A stretch of DNA of 47,731 nt, from contig CAYURA010000001.1 in NCBI GenBank assembly GCA_964446775.1, forward strand, positions 1 to 47,731, read 5' to 3'. The first letter of the stretch is position 1, and every line of letters begins with the position of its first letter. This document shows positions 9,250 to 18,042 of the stretch, piece after piece. Both the position numbers and the translations under genes were made by a program. Source of the DNA: an uncultured Gammaproteobacteria bacterium (GTDB lineage: Bacteria > Patescibacteriota > Patescibacteriia > Patescibacteriales > UBA12465). The notes beneath the pieces were generated by a model. That model was not told where the DNA came from. It saw only the letters and a list, made by a program, of their open reading frames with translations, and did not search any database.

Positions 9250-10104
9250 TTATAACACAAAATCACTAAGCGCCGCAACTAAATGCAACCAATTGATTAA
9301 TGATAAATTTTCTGCTCTTGATTTTAAATCTATTCCAGCTGTTTTAAAAGATTGATCAATCAAACTCGCTTCACATTTAAGACCAGCTATCAAATTATTT
9401 TTCAACATTTTTCTCTTAGCACTAAATCCAATCCGAGCAAATCTAAAAAATGTTTTTGCTTGCTCTAAGTCTTCTTTATTGGGACTACTCTTTTCATTAA
9501 CAAAACGCAAAATAGCGCTATCTACTTTAGGGGCTGGCCAAAAATCAGAGGCTTTAACAGTTCTGATAATCTCCACTTGACCGTAATAGGCGAGGGAAAG
9601 AGAGAGTAAAGACATATCTGGTTCACGCCTAAGGCAACGCTCGGCTACTTCTTTTTGTAGCATTAATACTAAAGACTTTGGTGGTTTAATACTAGAAAGG
9701 AAAGTCCTTAAAAAAATAGAGCTAATATTATAAGGCAGATTGGCCACCACTTGATAGCTTTCATTATTTTTAAAATAATCACTAGGATTAAGTTTCAATA
9801 TATCTTGATTAACTATTTCTACATTAGTAACATTTTGCGAATCTATTGCTAAACTTAAAATACTAGCTAAAGTATCGTCTAACTCTACCGCTACCACTCG
9901 CTTCGCTTTCAAAGCTAAACGAGCAGTTAAAAAACCTAAGCCAGGACCCACCTCTAAGATTGAGTCTTCCTTATTTAAATTAGCTGCTTTAATAATCGCT
10001 TCATAGATACCAGAGTTAATAAGGAAATTTTGCCCTTTGCTACGAGCTGGGGAGATATCATACAAGCGACATAATTCTTTAGTTTGTTTAGCAATATCTA
10101 GCAT
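9250..10104 (-). CDS. rsmA: 16S rRNA (adenine1518/1519-N6)-dimethyltransferase
   Basis: KGQNFL, SAM-binding EVGPGLGFLT and VANLPYNISS motifs; 284 aa, typical length. Confidence 0.9.
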   Translation of the reverse strand: MLDIAKQTKELCRLYDISPARSKGQNFLINSGIYEAIIKAANLNKEDSILEVGPGLGFLTARLALKAKRVVAVELDDTLASILSLAIDSQNVTNVEIVNQDILKLNPSDYFKNNESYQVVANLPYNISSIFLRTFLSSIKPPKSLVLMLQKEVAERCLRREPDMSLLSLSLAYYGQVEIIRTVKASDFWPAPKVDSAILRFVNEKSSPNKEDLEQAKTFFRFARIGFSAKRKMLKNNLIAGLKCEASLIDQSFKTAGIDLKSRAENLSLINWLHLVAALSDFVL

Positions 10105-10107
10105 AGA

Positions 10108-12531
10108 TTAAACCACAAAATTAATTAATTTATCAGGGATAAAAATTGTTTTCTTAATCTCCTGACCTGCTAACCACTTAATCGCTATTTCTTTAGCTTT
10201 AGTTATTACTTCTGATTCCAAAACATCTGCATCTAAAACTAACTGAGCTCTTAACTTCCCATTTACTTGAATCACATAATTAATAGTTTCCGCTTTTATC
10301 AACTCAGGATTATAATCGGGCCAAGAAGATTGGAAGATACTATTTGCTTCCCCTAAACGATGCCAAATATCTTCAGCTAAATGAGGAGCAAACGGAGCTA
10401 AAATTTGCGCTAATTTTTTTGCCTGTTCTAAAGAAATTGCTAAAACTTGATGAACTTTGAAATAGTCATTTAATTGATTAACTAAAATCATCATTGCTGA
10501 CACTGCAGTATTAAAATGAAAATCTTCAATATCTTCCGTCACTTTTTTAATTGTTTTGTGTAACAAGGACAAGCTAAACCGATCTTCTCTAACTGCTGAT
10601 TTATTAGATAAAAATAGAGAATTTAATTTATCTAAAAATTTTCTTGAACCAATTAAACTCTTAACATTCCAAGCTGCTGCTTGATCAAAAGGACCCATAA
10701 ACATGACATAGATTCTTAAAGCATCAGCTCCATAGAGCTCAATCATATCATCAGGATTAATCACATTGCCCCAGCGCTTACTCATCTTGCGTCCATCTTG
10801 ACCCATTACTAGGCCAACATGGCGTAATTTCTTAAACGGTTCAAGCTGACTAACAATGCCAATATCATATAAAAACTTATGCCAAAAACGGGCGTAAATC
10901 AAATGTCTAGTAGCATGTTCAGCTCCACCAACATAAAGATCAACTGGCGACCAATATTTCTCTCTATCTCTAGCCACTAATTCCTGTTCATTTTGGGGAT
11001 CCATATATCGCAAATAATACCAACAAGATCCTCCCCATTGTGGCATAGTATTTGTCTCCCTTTTAGCTGGCCCTCCACATTGAGGACAAATTGTATTAAC
11101 CCAATCACTAATAGTGGCAAGCGGTGATTCTCCAGTTCCAGACGGTTGATAGCTCTCAACTGGTGGTAGTATAACTGGCAAATCTTTTTCAGGCACTGCT
11201 ACAACTCCACATTTTTTACAATGAACTAAGGGAATTGGTTCACCCCAATAGCGTTGACGTGAATAGACCCAATCTTTTAATTTATAATTAACCTTTCTGC
11301 GTCCTAATTTTTTTTCTTCTAAACAGAGCATCATTTTTTCTCTAGCTTCAAGACTAGGTAAGCCAGAAAAATGTGCCGAATTGATTAAAACTCCATCATC
11401 TGTATAGACGCTTTCAATCTCTGTGGAACACGCTACATTCTCACTAATCACCTGTTTCACCTCTAGCTGATATTTCTTAGCAAATTGCCAATCCCGCTCA
11501 TCATGAGCTGGAACAGCCATCACCGCCCCAGTGCCATAAGATTTTAAAACATAGTCAGCCACATAGACAGGAATCTTCTCTTGATTAAAAGGATTAAGAG
11601 CTACAACACCATCTAAAATAATACCTGTTTTTTCTTTATTTAACTCTCCTCTCTCTAAATCACTTTTATGCTTTGCTAGATCAAGATACTGACTCAATTC
11701 TGGCCAATTTTGAATTTGATCTTTTAGTTTTAATACTAATTGATGCTCAGGAGCTAAGACCAAATAGCTACAACCATAAATAGTGTCTAAACGAGTTGTA
11801 AAAACGGTAATTTTATCTTCAAGATTATTTAAATGAAAATCAATTTCCGCTCCTTCACTCCTGCCAATCCAATTCCGTTGCATATCTTTAATTGACTCCT
11901 CCCACTCAGTTAAATCATCTAAGTCAGCTAACAATCTATCAGCATAATCAGTTATTTTTAAAACCCATTGTCTTAGTGGCCTTTGTTCGATTACACTACC
12001 ACAACGCTCGCAAAGACCATTTTCTAGATCTTCATTAGCTAAGCCCGTAGAACATGAAGGACACCAATTAATAGGCGCAAATGATTCATAGGCCAAACCT
12101 TTCTTCCACATTTGTAAAAAAATCCATTGTGTCCATTTATAGTATTTTGGGTCAGTAGTATCTAACTCTCGACTCCAGTCATAGGAAAAACCTAATAAAT
12201 CTAGTTGTTGTCTATACCTAATAATGTTTTTTTCAACTGCTATTTTAGGATGAACCTTGTTCTTTAAAGCATAATTTTCTGCTGGTAAACCAAAGGCATC
12301 CCAACCCATTGGATGCAAAACATTATAACCCTGCATCATTTTCATACGACTAATAATGTCAGTAGCGATATAGCCTTTAGGGTGACCGACATGCAAGCCT
12401 TCGCCTGACGGATAAGGGAACATATCTAAAATATATTGCTTCGGCTTTTTATCATCTTCAATAACATGATATAGGTTGATATCTTGCCAATATTTTTGCC
12501 ATTTTTTTTCTAAAGAGAGATGTTGATACAT
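10108..12531 (-). CDS. leuS: Leucyl-tRNA synthetase
   Basis: PYPSGEGLHVGHP (HIGH-type), KMSKRWGN (KMSKS), CP1 editing region TTRLDTIYG, zinc-type CPSC/CERC pairs; 807 aa. Confidence 0.97.
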   Translation of the reverse strand: MYQHLSLEKKWQKYWQDINLYHVIEDDKKPKQYILDMFPYPSGEGLHVGHPKGYIATDIISRMKMMQGYNVLHPMGWDAFGLPAENYALKNKVHPKIAVEKNIIRYRQQLDLLGFSYDWSRELDTTDPKYYKWTQWIFLQMWKKGLAYESFAPINWCPSCSTGLANEDLENGLCERCGSVIEQRPLRQWVLKITDYADRLLADLDDLTEWEESIKDMQRNWIGRSEGAEIDFHLNNLEDKITVFTTRLDTIYGCSYLVLAPEHQLVLKLKDQIQNWPELSQYLDLAKHKSDLERGELNKEKTGIILDGVVALNPFNQEKIPVYVADYVLKSYGTGAVMAVPAHDERDWQFAKKYQLEVKQVISENVACSTEIESVYTDDGVLINSAHFSGLPSLEAREKMMLCLEEKKLGRRKVNYKLKDWVYSRQRYWGEPIPLVHCKKCGVVAVPEKDLPVILPPVESYQPSGTGESPLATISDWVNTICPQCGGPAKRETNTMPQWGGSCWYYLRYMDPQNEQELVARDREKYWSPVDLYVGGAEHATRHLIYARFWHKFLYDIGIVSQLEPFKKLRHVGLVMGQDGRKMSKRWGNVINPDDMIELYGADALRIYVMFMGPFDQAAAWNVKSLIGSRKFLDKLNSLFLSNKSAVREDRFSLSLLHKTIKKVTEDIEDFHFNTAVSAMMILVNQLNDYFKVHQVLAISLEQAKKLAQILAPFAPHLAEDIWHRLGEANSIFQSSWPDYNPELIKAETINYVIQVNGKLRAQLVLDADVLESEVITKAKEIAIKWLAGQEIKKTIFIPDKLINFVV

Positions 12532-12542
12532 AAAATAATAGA

Positions 12543-13304
12543 TTATAGTTCCAAGCCGATTGGCGCATGATCCGAACCCTGCACTTGATCAAGGATATAG
12601 GCTTTTTTAAGCTGATTTTGTAATTTAATTGATACTACAAAGTAGTCAATCCGCCAGCCAATATTCCTTGTTTTAGCAGCCGTCCTAAAACTCCACCAGC
12701 TATACTGTACTCTATCACTATTAATTAGACGGAAGCTATCTAAATAACCATGTGATAATAGTTTACTAAACCACGTTCTTTCTTCTGGAGTAAATCCAGC
12801 ATTGCCTTCATTTTCTACAGGACGAGCTAAGTCAATTTCATTATGAGCGACGTTAAAATCACCAGTAATAATAACTGGTTTATTTTTTTCTAACTTCAAA
12901 ATATATTTTAATAAAGCATCATTAAATGATTGCTTATACCCGAGTCGCGATAATTCTTGATTAGCATTGGGGAAATAGACATTTAAAAGATAATATTCTT
13001 TTAATTCCAAGGTTTGTATTCTTCCCTCAATATCATATTGCTCAAGAGCTAAACCATTGCTTATATTAATAATGTCCACTTCTTCTTTAATTAAAATAGC
13101 GGTACCACTATAACCAGGTCTTTTAGCTCCATGCCAATAATTACGATAGCCTGGAATATTAATTTTTAAATCTTCTCTTTTCTGATCATCTATTTTAATC
13201 TCTTGTAAGCAAACAATATCTGCTTTTTGCGTAATTAGAAAGTCGAAAAAATTTTTCCTTAAAACTGCTCTTATCCCATTAATATTCCAAGAAATTATTT
13301 TCAT
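12543..13304 (-). CDS. xth: Exodeoxyribonuclease III (AP endonuclease)
   Basis: MKIISWNINGIRA, CLQEIK, TGDFNVAHNEIDL, GSDHAPI motifs; 253 aa. Confidence 0.93.
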   Translation of the reverse strand: MKIISWNINGIRAVLRKNFFDFLITQKADIVCLQEIKIDDQKREDLKINIPGYRNYWHGAKRPGYSGTAILIKEEVDIINISNGLALEQYDIEGRIQTLELKEYYLLNVYFPNANQELSRLGYKQSFNDALLKYILKLEKNKPVIITGDFNVAHNEIDLARPVENEGNAGFTPEERTWFSKLLSHGYLDSFRLINSDRVQYSWWSFRTAAKTRNIGWRIDYFVVSIKLQNQLKKAYILDQVQGSDHAPIGLEL

Positions 13305-13340
13305 AAAGCTTATCTCAATTTATAGTCGTATTAGTATTAA

Positions 13341-13369
13341 TAGCCACAAAAAACTGAATATGTTATAAT
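13341..13369 (+). promoter_or_regulatory. Candidate sigma70-type promoter for the dsbA-like/por unit
   Basis: TAGCCA - 17 nt - TATAAT with an upstream TG (tgtTATAAT), about 60 nt before the ATG at 13430. The AT-rich background makes chance matches likely. Confidence 0.35.
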
Positions 13370-13392
13370 ATATTTAATTAAGTAATAAACTA

Positions 13393-13421
13393 AGTATAAG
13401 ATAAATATTATCTTTTTTCAA
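13393..13421 (-). promoter_or_regulatory. Candidate divergent promoter for the xth-leuS-rsmA string
   Basis: Minus strand TTGAAA - 17 nt - TATACT, about 90 nt upstream of the xth start (13304). Confidence 0.3.
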
Positions 13422-13429
13422 CTAACCAT

Positions 13430-14185
13430 ATGAGTTTAGAAGAACGGGTAAACTATTTAAAATTAAAAGAAAAACATAAACGAAAATTGAAACCCTGGTA
13501 TAAAAAATGGTGGGGCTTAATTTTAATTGCGGTCTTTGTTTTGATTATTTCTGGCTTGATCGCTTCTGGCATTTATCTTGTTAAAGAGGTTAAAAGAATT
13601 CAAGCAGGAAACCTGGATATTGAAACTCAAAAAGAACTAGATAGAATTACTCAAGCAATTGATGGGACTAGTGAACATTTCAGTTTAGGGCCGATCAACG
13701 CGCCAATAAAAATTATGGCGTTTCTTGATTATTCTTGTCCTCACTGCAATGAAGCAATGGCAACTATACATAATTTAAACAAAAAATATCCCACTGAAGT
13801 TCGTATCAGTATAAGAGACTATCCAGCCCTAAGGATGGCTTCAATTAATCAGGCATTGGCCGCACACTGTGCTGGCGAACAAAATAATTTCTGGCAAATG
13901 AGTGATAGTTTATTCGAAAACCAAGATATTCTAATTAATTTAAACGAAAGTAATATTGATTTAGAATTAAAAAATATTGCTAAGGGACTAAAACTAGATG
14001 AAGCTCAATTTGAGGATTGCTTAAAGAACAAAAAATATCTCTATCGCTTAAATGATAATTTCGCAGATGCAGAGTTTTTAGATGTTAAGGGAACCCCTAC
14101 TTGGTTTATCAATCGTTATAAAATAACAGGCTATTATCCTGAGGAGAACTTTGTTAATCTAATTGAAGGCCTTTTAGCTCTATAG
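13430..14185 (+). CDS. Membrane-anchored DsbA-family thiol:disulfide oxidoreductase
   Basis: N-terminal TM helix WWGLILIAVFVLIISGLIASGIYLV. Thioredoxin-fold active site DYSCPHCNEA. DsbA-like length (251 aa). Stop lies 1 nt before porG. Confidence 0.85.
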   Translation: MSLEERVNYLKLKEKHKRKLKPWYKKWWGLILIAVFVLIISGLIASGIYLVKEVKRIQAGNLDIETQKELDRITQAIDGTSEHFSLGPINAPIKIMAFLDYSCPHCNEAMATIHNLNKKYPTEVRISIRDYPALRMASINQALAAHCAGEQNNFWQMSDSLFENQDILINLNESNIDLELKNIAKGLKLDEAQFEDCLKNKKYLYRLNDNFADAEFLDVKGTPTWFINRYKITGYYPEENFVNLIEGLLAL

Positions 14186-14186
14186 T

Positions 14187-14762
14187 ATGATTAGCTTTCG
14201 TATTCATGGTCGAGGTGGACAAGGAGCAATTGCTGCTTCTGAGTTAATTGCCTTGGCTGCTTTTCACCAAGGTTTCTATGCTCAATCATTGCCTTTCTTT
14301 GGAGTTGAGAGAAGCGGAGCTCCAGTTCAAGCTTATGTCCGCATCAGTGACAGAGCAATTATTACTCACTCACAAGTCAAGGAGCCTGATTATTTGATTA
14401 TTCAGGATGATACTTTAATTGCTGTTAAAGATGTTTACTTAGGACTGAATCCAAAAACTAAAATATTAATCAATAGTCAAGAAACCAGTGAAATTTTAAG
14501 AAAAAAAATCCGTTTGAAAATAAAAAATAACGACATTCTGACGGTTAATGCAAGTCAAATTGCTCTAAATATTATGAGAAGAAATATTATTAACACTTCT
14601 CTTCTCGGTGCTTTTTCAGCTCATTATAATTTACTTAGTAAAGAAAATTGTCAACAAGCAATTATAGATAAATTTAGCAAAAAAGGCCGTGGCACTGTTA
14701 AACTAAATCAAAAAATATTTCTTTTCACTTATGATCTCTGCCAAAAAAATGCCAATAACTAA
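14187..14762 (+). CDS. porG: Pyruvate/2-oxoacid:ferredoxin oxidoreductase, gamma subunit
   Basis: FRIHGRGGQGAIAASELIALAAF is the typical gamma-subunit N-terminus; 191 aa; canonical position before delta. Confidence 0.88.
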   Translation: MISFRIHGRGGQGAIAASELIALAAFHQGFYAQSLPFFGVERSGAPVQAYVRISDRAIITHSQVKEPDYLIIQDDTLIAVKDVYLGLNPKTKILINSQETSEILRKKIRLKIKNNDILTVNASQIALNIMRRNIINTSLLGAFSAHYNLLSKENCQQAIIDKFSKKGRGTVKLNQKIFLFTYDLCQKNANN

Positions 14763-15015
14763 GCGCCCCCTAACTAAAGCTGGTTCTGCCCAAGAGAATA
14801 AAACTGGATCTTGGCGAAAAGAACATCCAGTAGTTGATAAAAATAAATGTATTTCTTGCTCTTTATGCGCTAAACTTTGTCCCGACAATTGTATTTACAT
14901 GCGTGAAACAAAAAAAGGTCACCTCATTGCTGAGCCCAATTTAGACTATTGTAAAGGCTGTGGCATTTGTGCTGAAGAATGCCCCGTCAAAGCGATTAGA
15001 ATGGTCAAAGATTAA
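14731..15015 (+). CDS. porD: Pyruvate:ferredoxin oxidoreductase, delta subunit (2x[4Fe-4S] ferredoxin)
   Basis: CISCSLCAKLCP and CKGCGICAEECP cluster motifs. The true start may be the internal ATG at 14749 (MPITKRP). Confidence 0.88.
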   Translation: MISAKKMPITKRPLTKAGSAQENKTGSWRKEHPVVDKNKCISCSLCAKLCPDNCIYMRETKKGHLIAEPNLDYCKGCGICAEECPVKAIRMVKD

Positions 15016-15021
15016 AATATT

Positions 15022-16158
15022 ATGCCCTTAAAAAGGAATAAACAATTCATCAGCGGCTCTCAAGCAATTGCTCAAACTATTAAGGAACTCCAAGTAGACG
15101 TAATTTCTGCTTACCCAATTACTCCACAAACTCATATATTGGAAGAGTTAGCTCAGTTTAAAGAGGATCATCAAGCTGATTATGAATATATCCGGGCTGA
15201 AAGTGAATTTGCGGCTGCTTCTATTATACTCGGTGCTAGTGCTGCTGGTGGTCGCACTTATAGCGCCACTAGCTCCCAGGGAGTCCTGCTTATGATGGAA
15301 GTTTTATTCAATGCTTCGGGACTAAGATTACCCCTAGTAATGACTGTTGCTAATCGAGCTTTAAGCGCACCTATTAATATTTTTAATGATCACAGCGATG
15401 CCATGGCTATGAGAGACTCAGGTTGGCTAATGTTCTTTGCTGAAAATCATCAAGAAGCTATTGATTTACATATTATTGCCTATAAAATAGCTGAAAGTTT
15501 AGAATTACCAGTAGCTATAAATGTTGATGGTTTTATTATCACTCATGCCTATCAAGAAGCCTTTATTCCTAATAGGAAAATCATTGAATCATATCTACCA
15601 AAATACAAACCTATTCCTAACAGTTATTTAGACTCAAATAGGCCTGTTAGTTTAGGAGGATACTATGATTCCGTGCATTATCAAAAAACTCGCCAAGAAT
15701 TAAGCAAAGATATCCAAAAATCACAGAAAAAAGTCAGTCAAGAATTTAAAGCCTGGCAAAAAATATGGCCAACTAAAAAAGCCCTTAAGTCAACTTATGA
15801 TGATGGCTTAATTGAATATTGTGGCCCTAAAAAGCCAAAAGCTATTCTCATTGCTCTTGGCTCTCTTTGTGGGACGATTAAAGAAGCCATTAAGAGCGAG
15901 ACTAACGTAGGTATAATTAAGATTAGAAGTTTTAGACCATTTCCAAAAGATAGTTTAAATAAAATTATTCCAATTAATTGTCAGCTGTATATTTTAGAAA
16001 AAACTATAGCCATTGGTAGTTTTGGACCACTATATCAAGAAGTGATTTCTAGTCTTAATCATTTTAAAGGCAAAGCTACTAATTATATATTAGGCTTAGG
16101 TGGTCAAGATATTAATGAAACAGATATTTTGAATATTATTAAGGCTAATAGAAGCTAG
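15022..16158 (+). CDS. porA: Pyruvate:ferredoxin oxidoreductase, alpha subunit
   Basis: GSQAIAQTIKELQVDVISAYPITPQTHILEEL N-terminal signature; 378 aa. Confidence 0.9.
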   Translation: MPLKRNKQFISGSQAIAQTIKELQVDVISAYPITPQTHILEELAQFKEDHQADYEYIRAESEFAAASIILGASAAGGRTYSATSSQGVLLMMEVLFNASGLRLPLVMTVANRALSAPINIFNDHSDAMAMRDSGWLMFFAENHQEAIDLHIIAYKIAESLELPVAINVDGFIITHAYQEAFIPNRKIIESYLPKYKPIPNSYLDSNRPVSLGGYYDSVHYQKTRQELSKDIQKSQKKVSQEFKAWQKIWPTKKALKSTYDDGLIEYCGPKKPKAILIALGSLCGTIKEAIKSETNVGIIKIRSFRPFPKDSLNKIIPINCQLYILEKTIAIGSFGPLYQEVISSLNHFKGKATNYILGLGGQDINETDILNIIKANRS

Positions 16159-16180
16159 ATCTAGCTTAAGCCAAAAGTTT

Positions 16181-17185
16181 ATGAAAAAAAGCCATTGGAA
16201 GAAACAATTTACCATATTCATTGCTTTATTCTTGTTTTCTTTTATATTCTCTTTTAATTTAGCTCAGGGTGAGTTATTGCCTAGTGTCAAAAATCCAATT
16301 GTATTTCAAGCCCAAACTACCATTCCTGGTGTTTTTACAAAAGGTGAAAAAATTCCAATAAAAAAACAAGATACCAGTTTTATTGCAGATATGATTAAGA
16401 ATTTCTATAGTTACGGTATTGGCATCGCTGGCATATTGGCCGCTATTATGTTGATGGCTGGTGGACTTGTTTGGCTAACTTCAGCTGGCAGCAGTGACAA
16501 AATTTCCCAGGCTAAGAATCTCATGTCTGGCAGTATTGTTGGCCTAGCATTACTCTTTAGTTCCTGGATAATGCTCAGAACTATTAATCCAGCTTTAGTA
16601 GATTTCAGGATAACAAGTATTCATACGATCGAAAAAGTTACAAGGGGTTGTTGTGAATATAATAATAAAGCTGAAAGCATGGCTACTAAGGATTGTAAAT
16701 CACAAAATGGAAAATTTTTTGCACCTGATGACCAAGGTTTTTATAGTCCATATAAAGGGAAATGCTCATTAAATAAAGTTTCTTGTAATATTGGCACTAG
16801 TCCGTATACTGAGAATGTTTATCTTTGTTTTGAATCTGATTTAAAAGTAGCACCTGGAAATAACCTTGGACAAGAACTTAAACCTGGAAGGTGCGCTAAT
16901 TATAAGGAATGTGATAATGTTTTTACTAGTTGTCTTGATGTTGAAGATGGTAAACCTTGCAAAGACGCAAAAGGCAGACTAGCAGTGGTAAATAGTTATT
17001 GCTTCAACATGATGTGTTATTTAGGGCATGGGAAAGAAGGCGAGCCTTGCGGTCAAAAAGGTGGCAGCTGTATCGCCACTTCTAAGTGTAAAGATTTGGG
17101 GTTGCCAGGTGACTATGATAACGATTCCGGTGGTCGGATATGTGAAAATAGTAGCTTAAAGTGTTGTTACAAAGTTAACAAGTAA
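16181..17185 (+). CDS. Exported protein: signal peptide + VirB2/TrbC-like (T4SS-pilin-like) TM hairpin + 18-Cys C-terminal domain
   Basis: Signal peptide ...FSFNLAQ|G. Hairpin YGIGIAGILAAIMLMAGGLVWLTSAGSSDKISQAKNLMSGSIVGLALLFSSWIML (two TM helices joined by a short polar loop). All 18 Cys lie in aa 156-334. Inserted between porA and porB with 22-nt and 5-nt gaps. Confidence 0.7.
   Translation: MKKSHWKKQFTIFIALFLFSFIFSFNLAQGELLPSVKNPIVFQAQTTIPGVFTKGEKIPIKKQDTSFIADMIKNFYSYGIGIAGILAAIMLMAGGLVWLTSAGSSDKISQAKNLMSGSIVGLALLFSSWIMLRTINPALVDFRITSIHTIEKVTRGCCEYNNKAESMATKDCKSQNGKFFAPDDQGFYSPYKGKCSLNKVSCNIGTSPYTENVYLCFESDLKVAPGNNLGQELKPGRCANYKECDNVFTSCLDVEDGKPCKDAKGRLAVVNSYCFNMMCYLGHGKEGEPCGQKGGSCIATSKCKDLGLPGDYDNDSGGRICENSSLKCCYKVNK
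16376..16636 (+). repeat. Paralogous pilin-hairpin module, copy 1 (aa 66-152 of the 334-aa protein)
   Basis: Aligns without gaps to 18435..18695. Roughly 55-60 percent amino-acid identity by hand, including the identical run GIAGILAAIMLMAGG. The DNA is also visibly similar (ggcat.gctggcat.tt.gccgc.attatg.t.atggctggtgg). Confidence 0.8.
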
Positions 17186-17190
17186 ATTAA

Positions 17191-18042
17191 ATGTCTGTGA
17201 GCTACCAGAGCAATCTCACTCCAGGCCATAATGCTTGTAGTGGTTGTGGACAATTAAGCGCAGTTCAAGCAGTTATGCGAGGACTAACAAAAGATACTAT
17301 CCTGGTAAGTTCAACTGGTTGTTTAGAGGTAACTACCACTGCTCACCCTCAAAGTGCTTGGAATTTGGCCTGGTTCCATTCTCTATTTGAAAATGCTGCT
17401 CCAGTAGCTAGTGGCATCAAAGCGATGTTAAATAAAAAAAAGAAAAAAACTAAAGTTGTGGTCCAAGCTGGAGATGGAGCTACTTTTGACATTGGACTAG
17501 GTTTACTTAGTGGCCTTTGGGAAAGAAATGATGAGGTGCTATATATTTGTTATGACACTGAAGTCTATTCCAACACTGGCATTCAGGCTTCTGGAGCCAC
17601 TCCTTTTGGTGCTAGCACTAAAACTAATCCGGGTAGCAATAAACAAATGAAGAAAGATATGATAGCAATCGCTTTAGCTCATAAATTAAATTATGTCGCT
17701 CAAAGTAGCGCTGGTTTTCCTGATGATATTACTAGAAAGATTAAAAAAGCCTTAAGTGCTACTGGCCCAAGTTACATCCAAATATTAGCTCCATGTGTTC
17801 CTGGCTGGGGTATACAAACTAATGAAAGCATTAAAGCAGCTAAGCTAGCAGTTCAAAGTGGGCTATATCCTCTACTTGAATACGAAAATGGAAAGTTGAT
17901 TAGCTCTAACATTAAAACTAGTGAAAGTAAATTAGTACTACAATATCTCCGACTTCAAAGAAGATTTAAACATCTAACAGATGACGAAGTAAAAGAAATA
18001 ATTAGATTAGCTGAAATAAATAAGAAAAAATATAAAATATGA
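17191..18042 (+). CDS. porB: Pyruvate:ferredoxin oxidoreductase, beta subunit (TPP-binding)
   Basis: GHNACSGCGQ, TPP motif QAGDGATFDIGLGLLSG, YDTEVYSNTG; 283 aa. The TGA stop overlaps the next ATG (ATGA). Confidence 0.9.
   Translation: MSVSYQSNLTPGHNACSGCGQLSAVQAVMRGLTKDTILVSSTGCLEVTTTAHPQSAWNLAWFHSLFENAAPVASGIKAMLNKKKKKTKVVVQAGDGATFDIGLGLLSGLWERNDEVLYICYDTEVYSNTGIQASGATPFGASTKTNPGSNKQMKKDMIAIALAHKLNYVAQSSAGFPDDITRKIKKALSATGPSYIQILAPCVPGWGIQTNESIKAAKLAVQSGLYPLLEYENGKLISSNIKTSESKLVLQYLRLQRRFKHLTDDEVKEIIRLAEINKKKYKI

Noticed and set aside
14703-14888. 61-aa minus-strand ORF across the porG/porD junction, and the 19549..19779 plus-strand ORF across rnhA/recJ.
   Set aside because: Both are antisense to well-supported genes inside tightly coupled operons.
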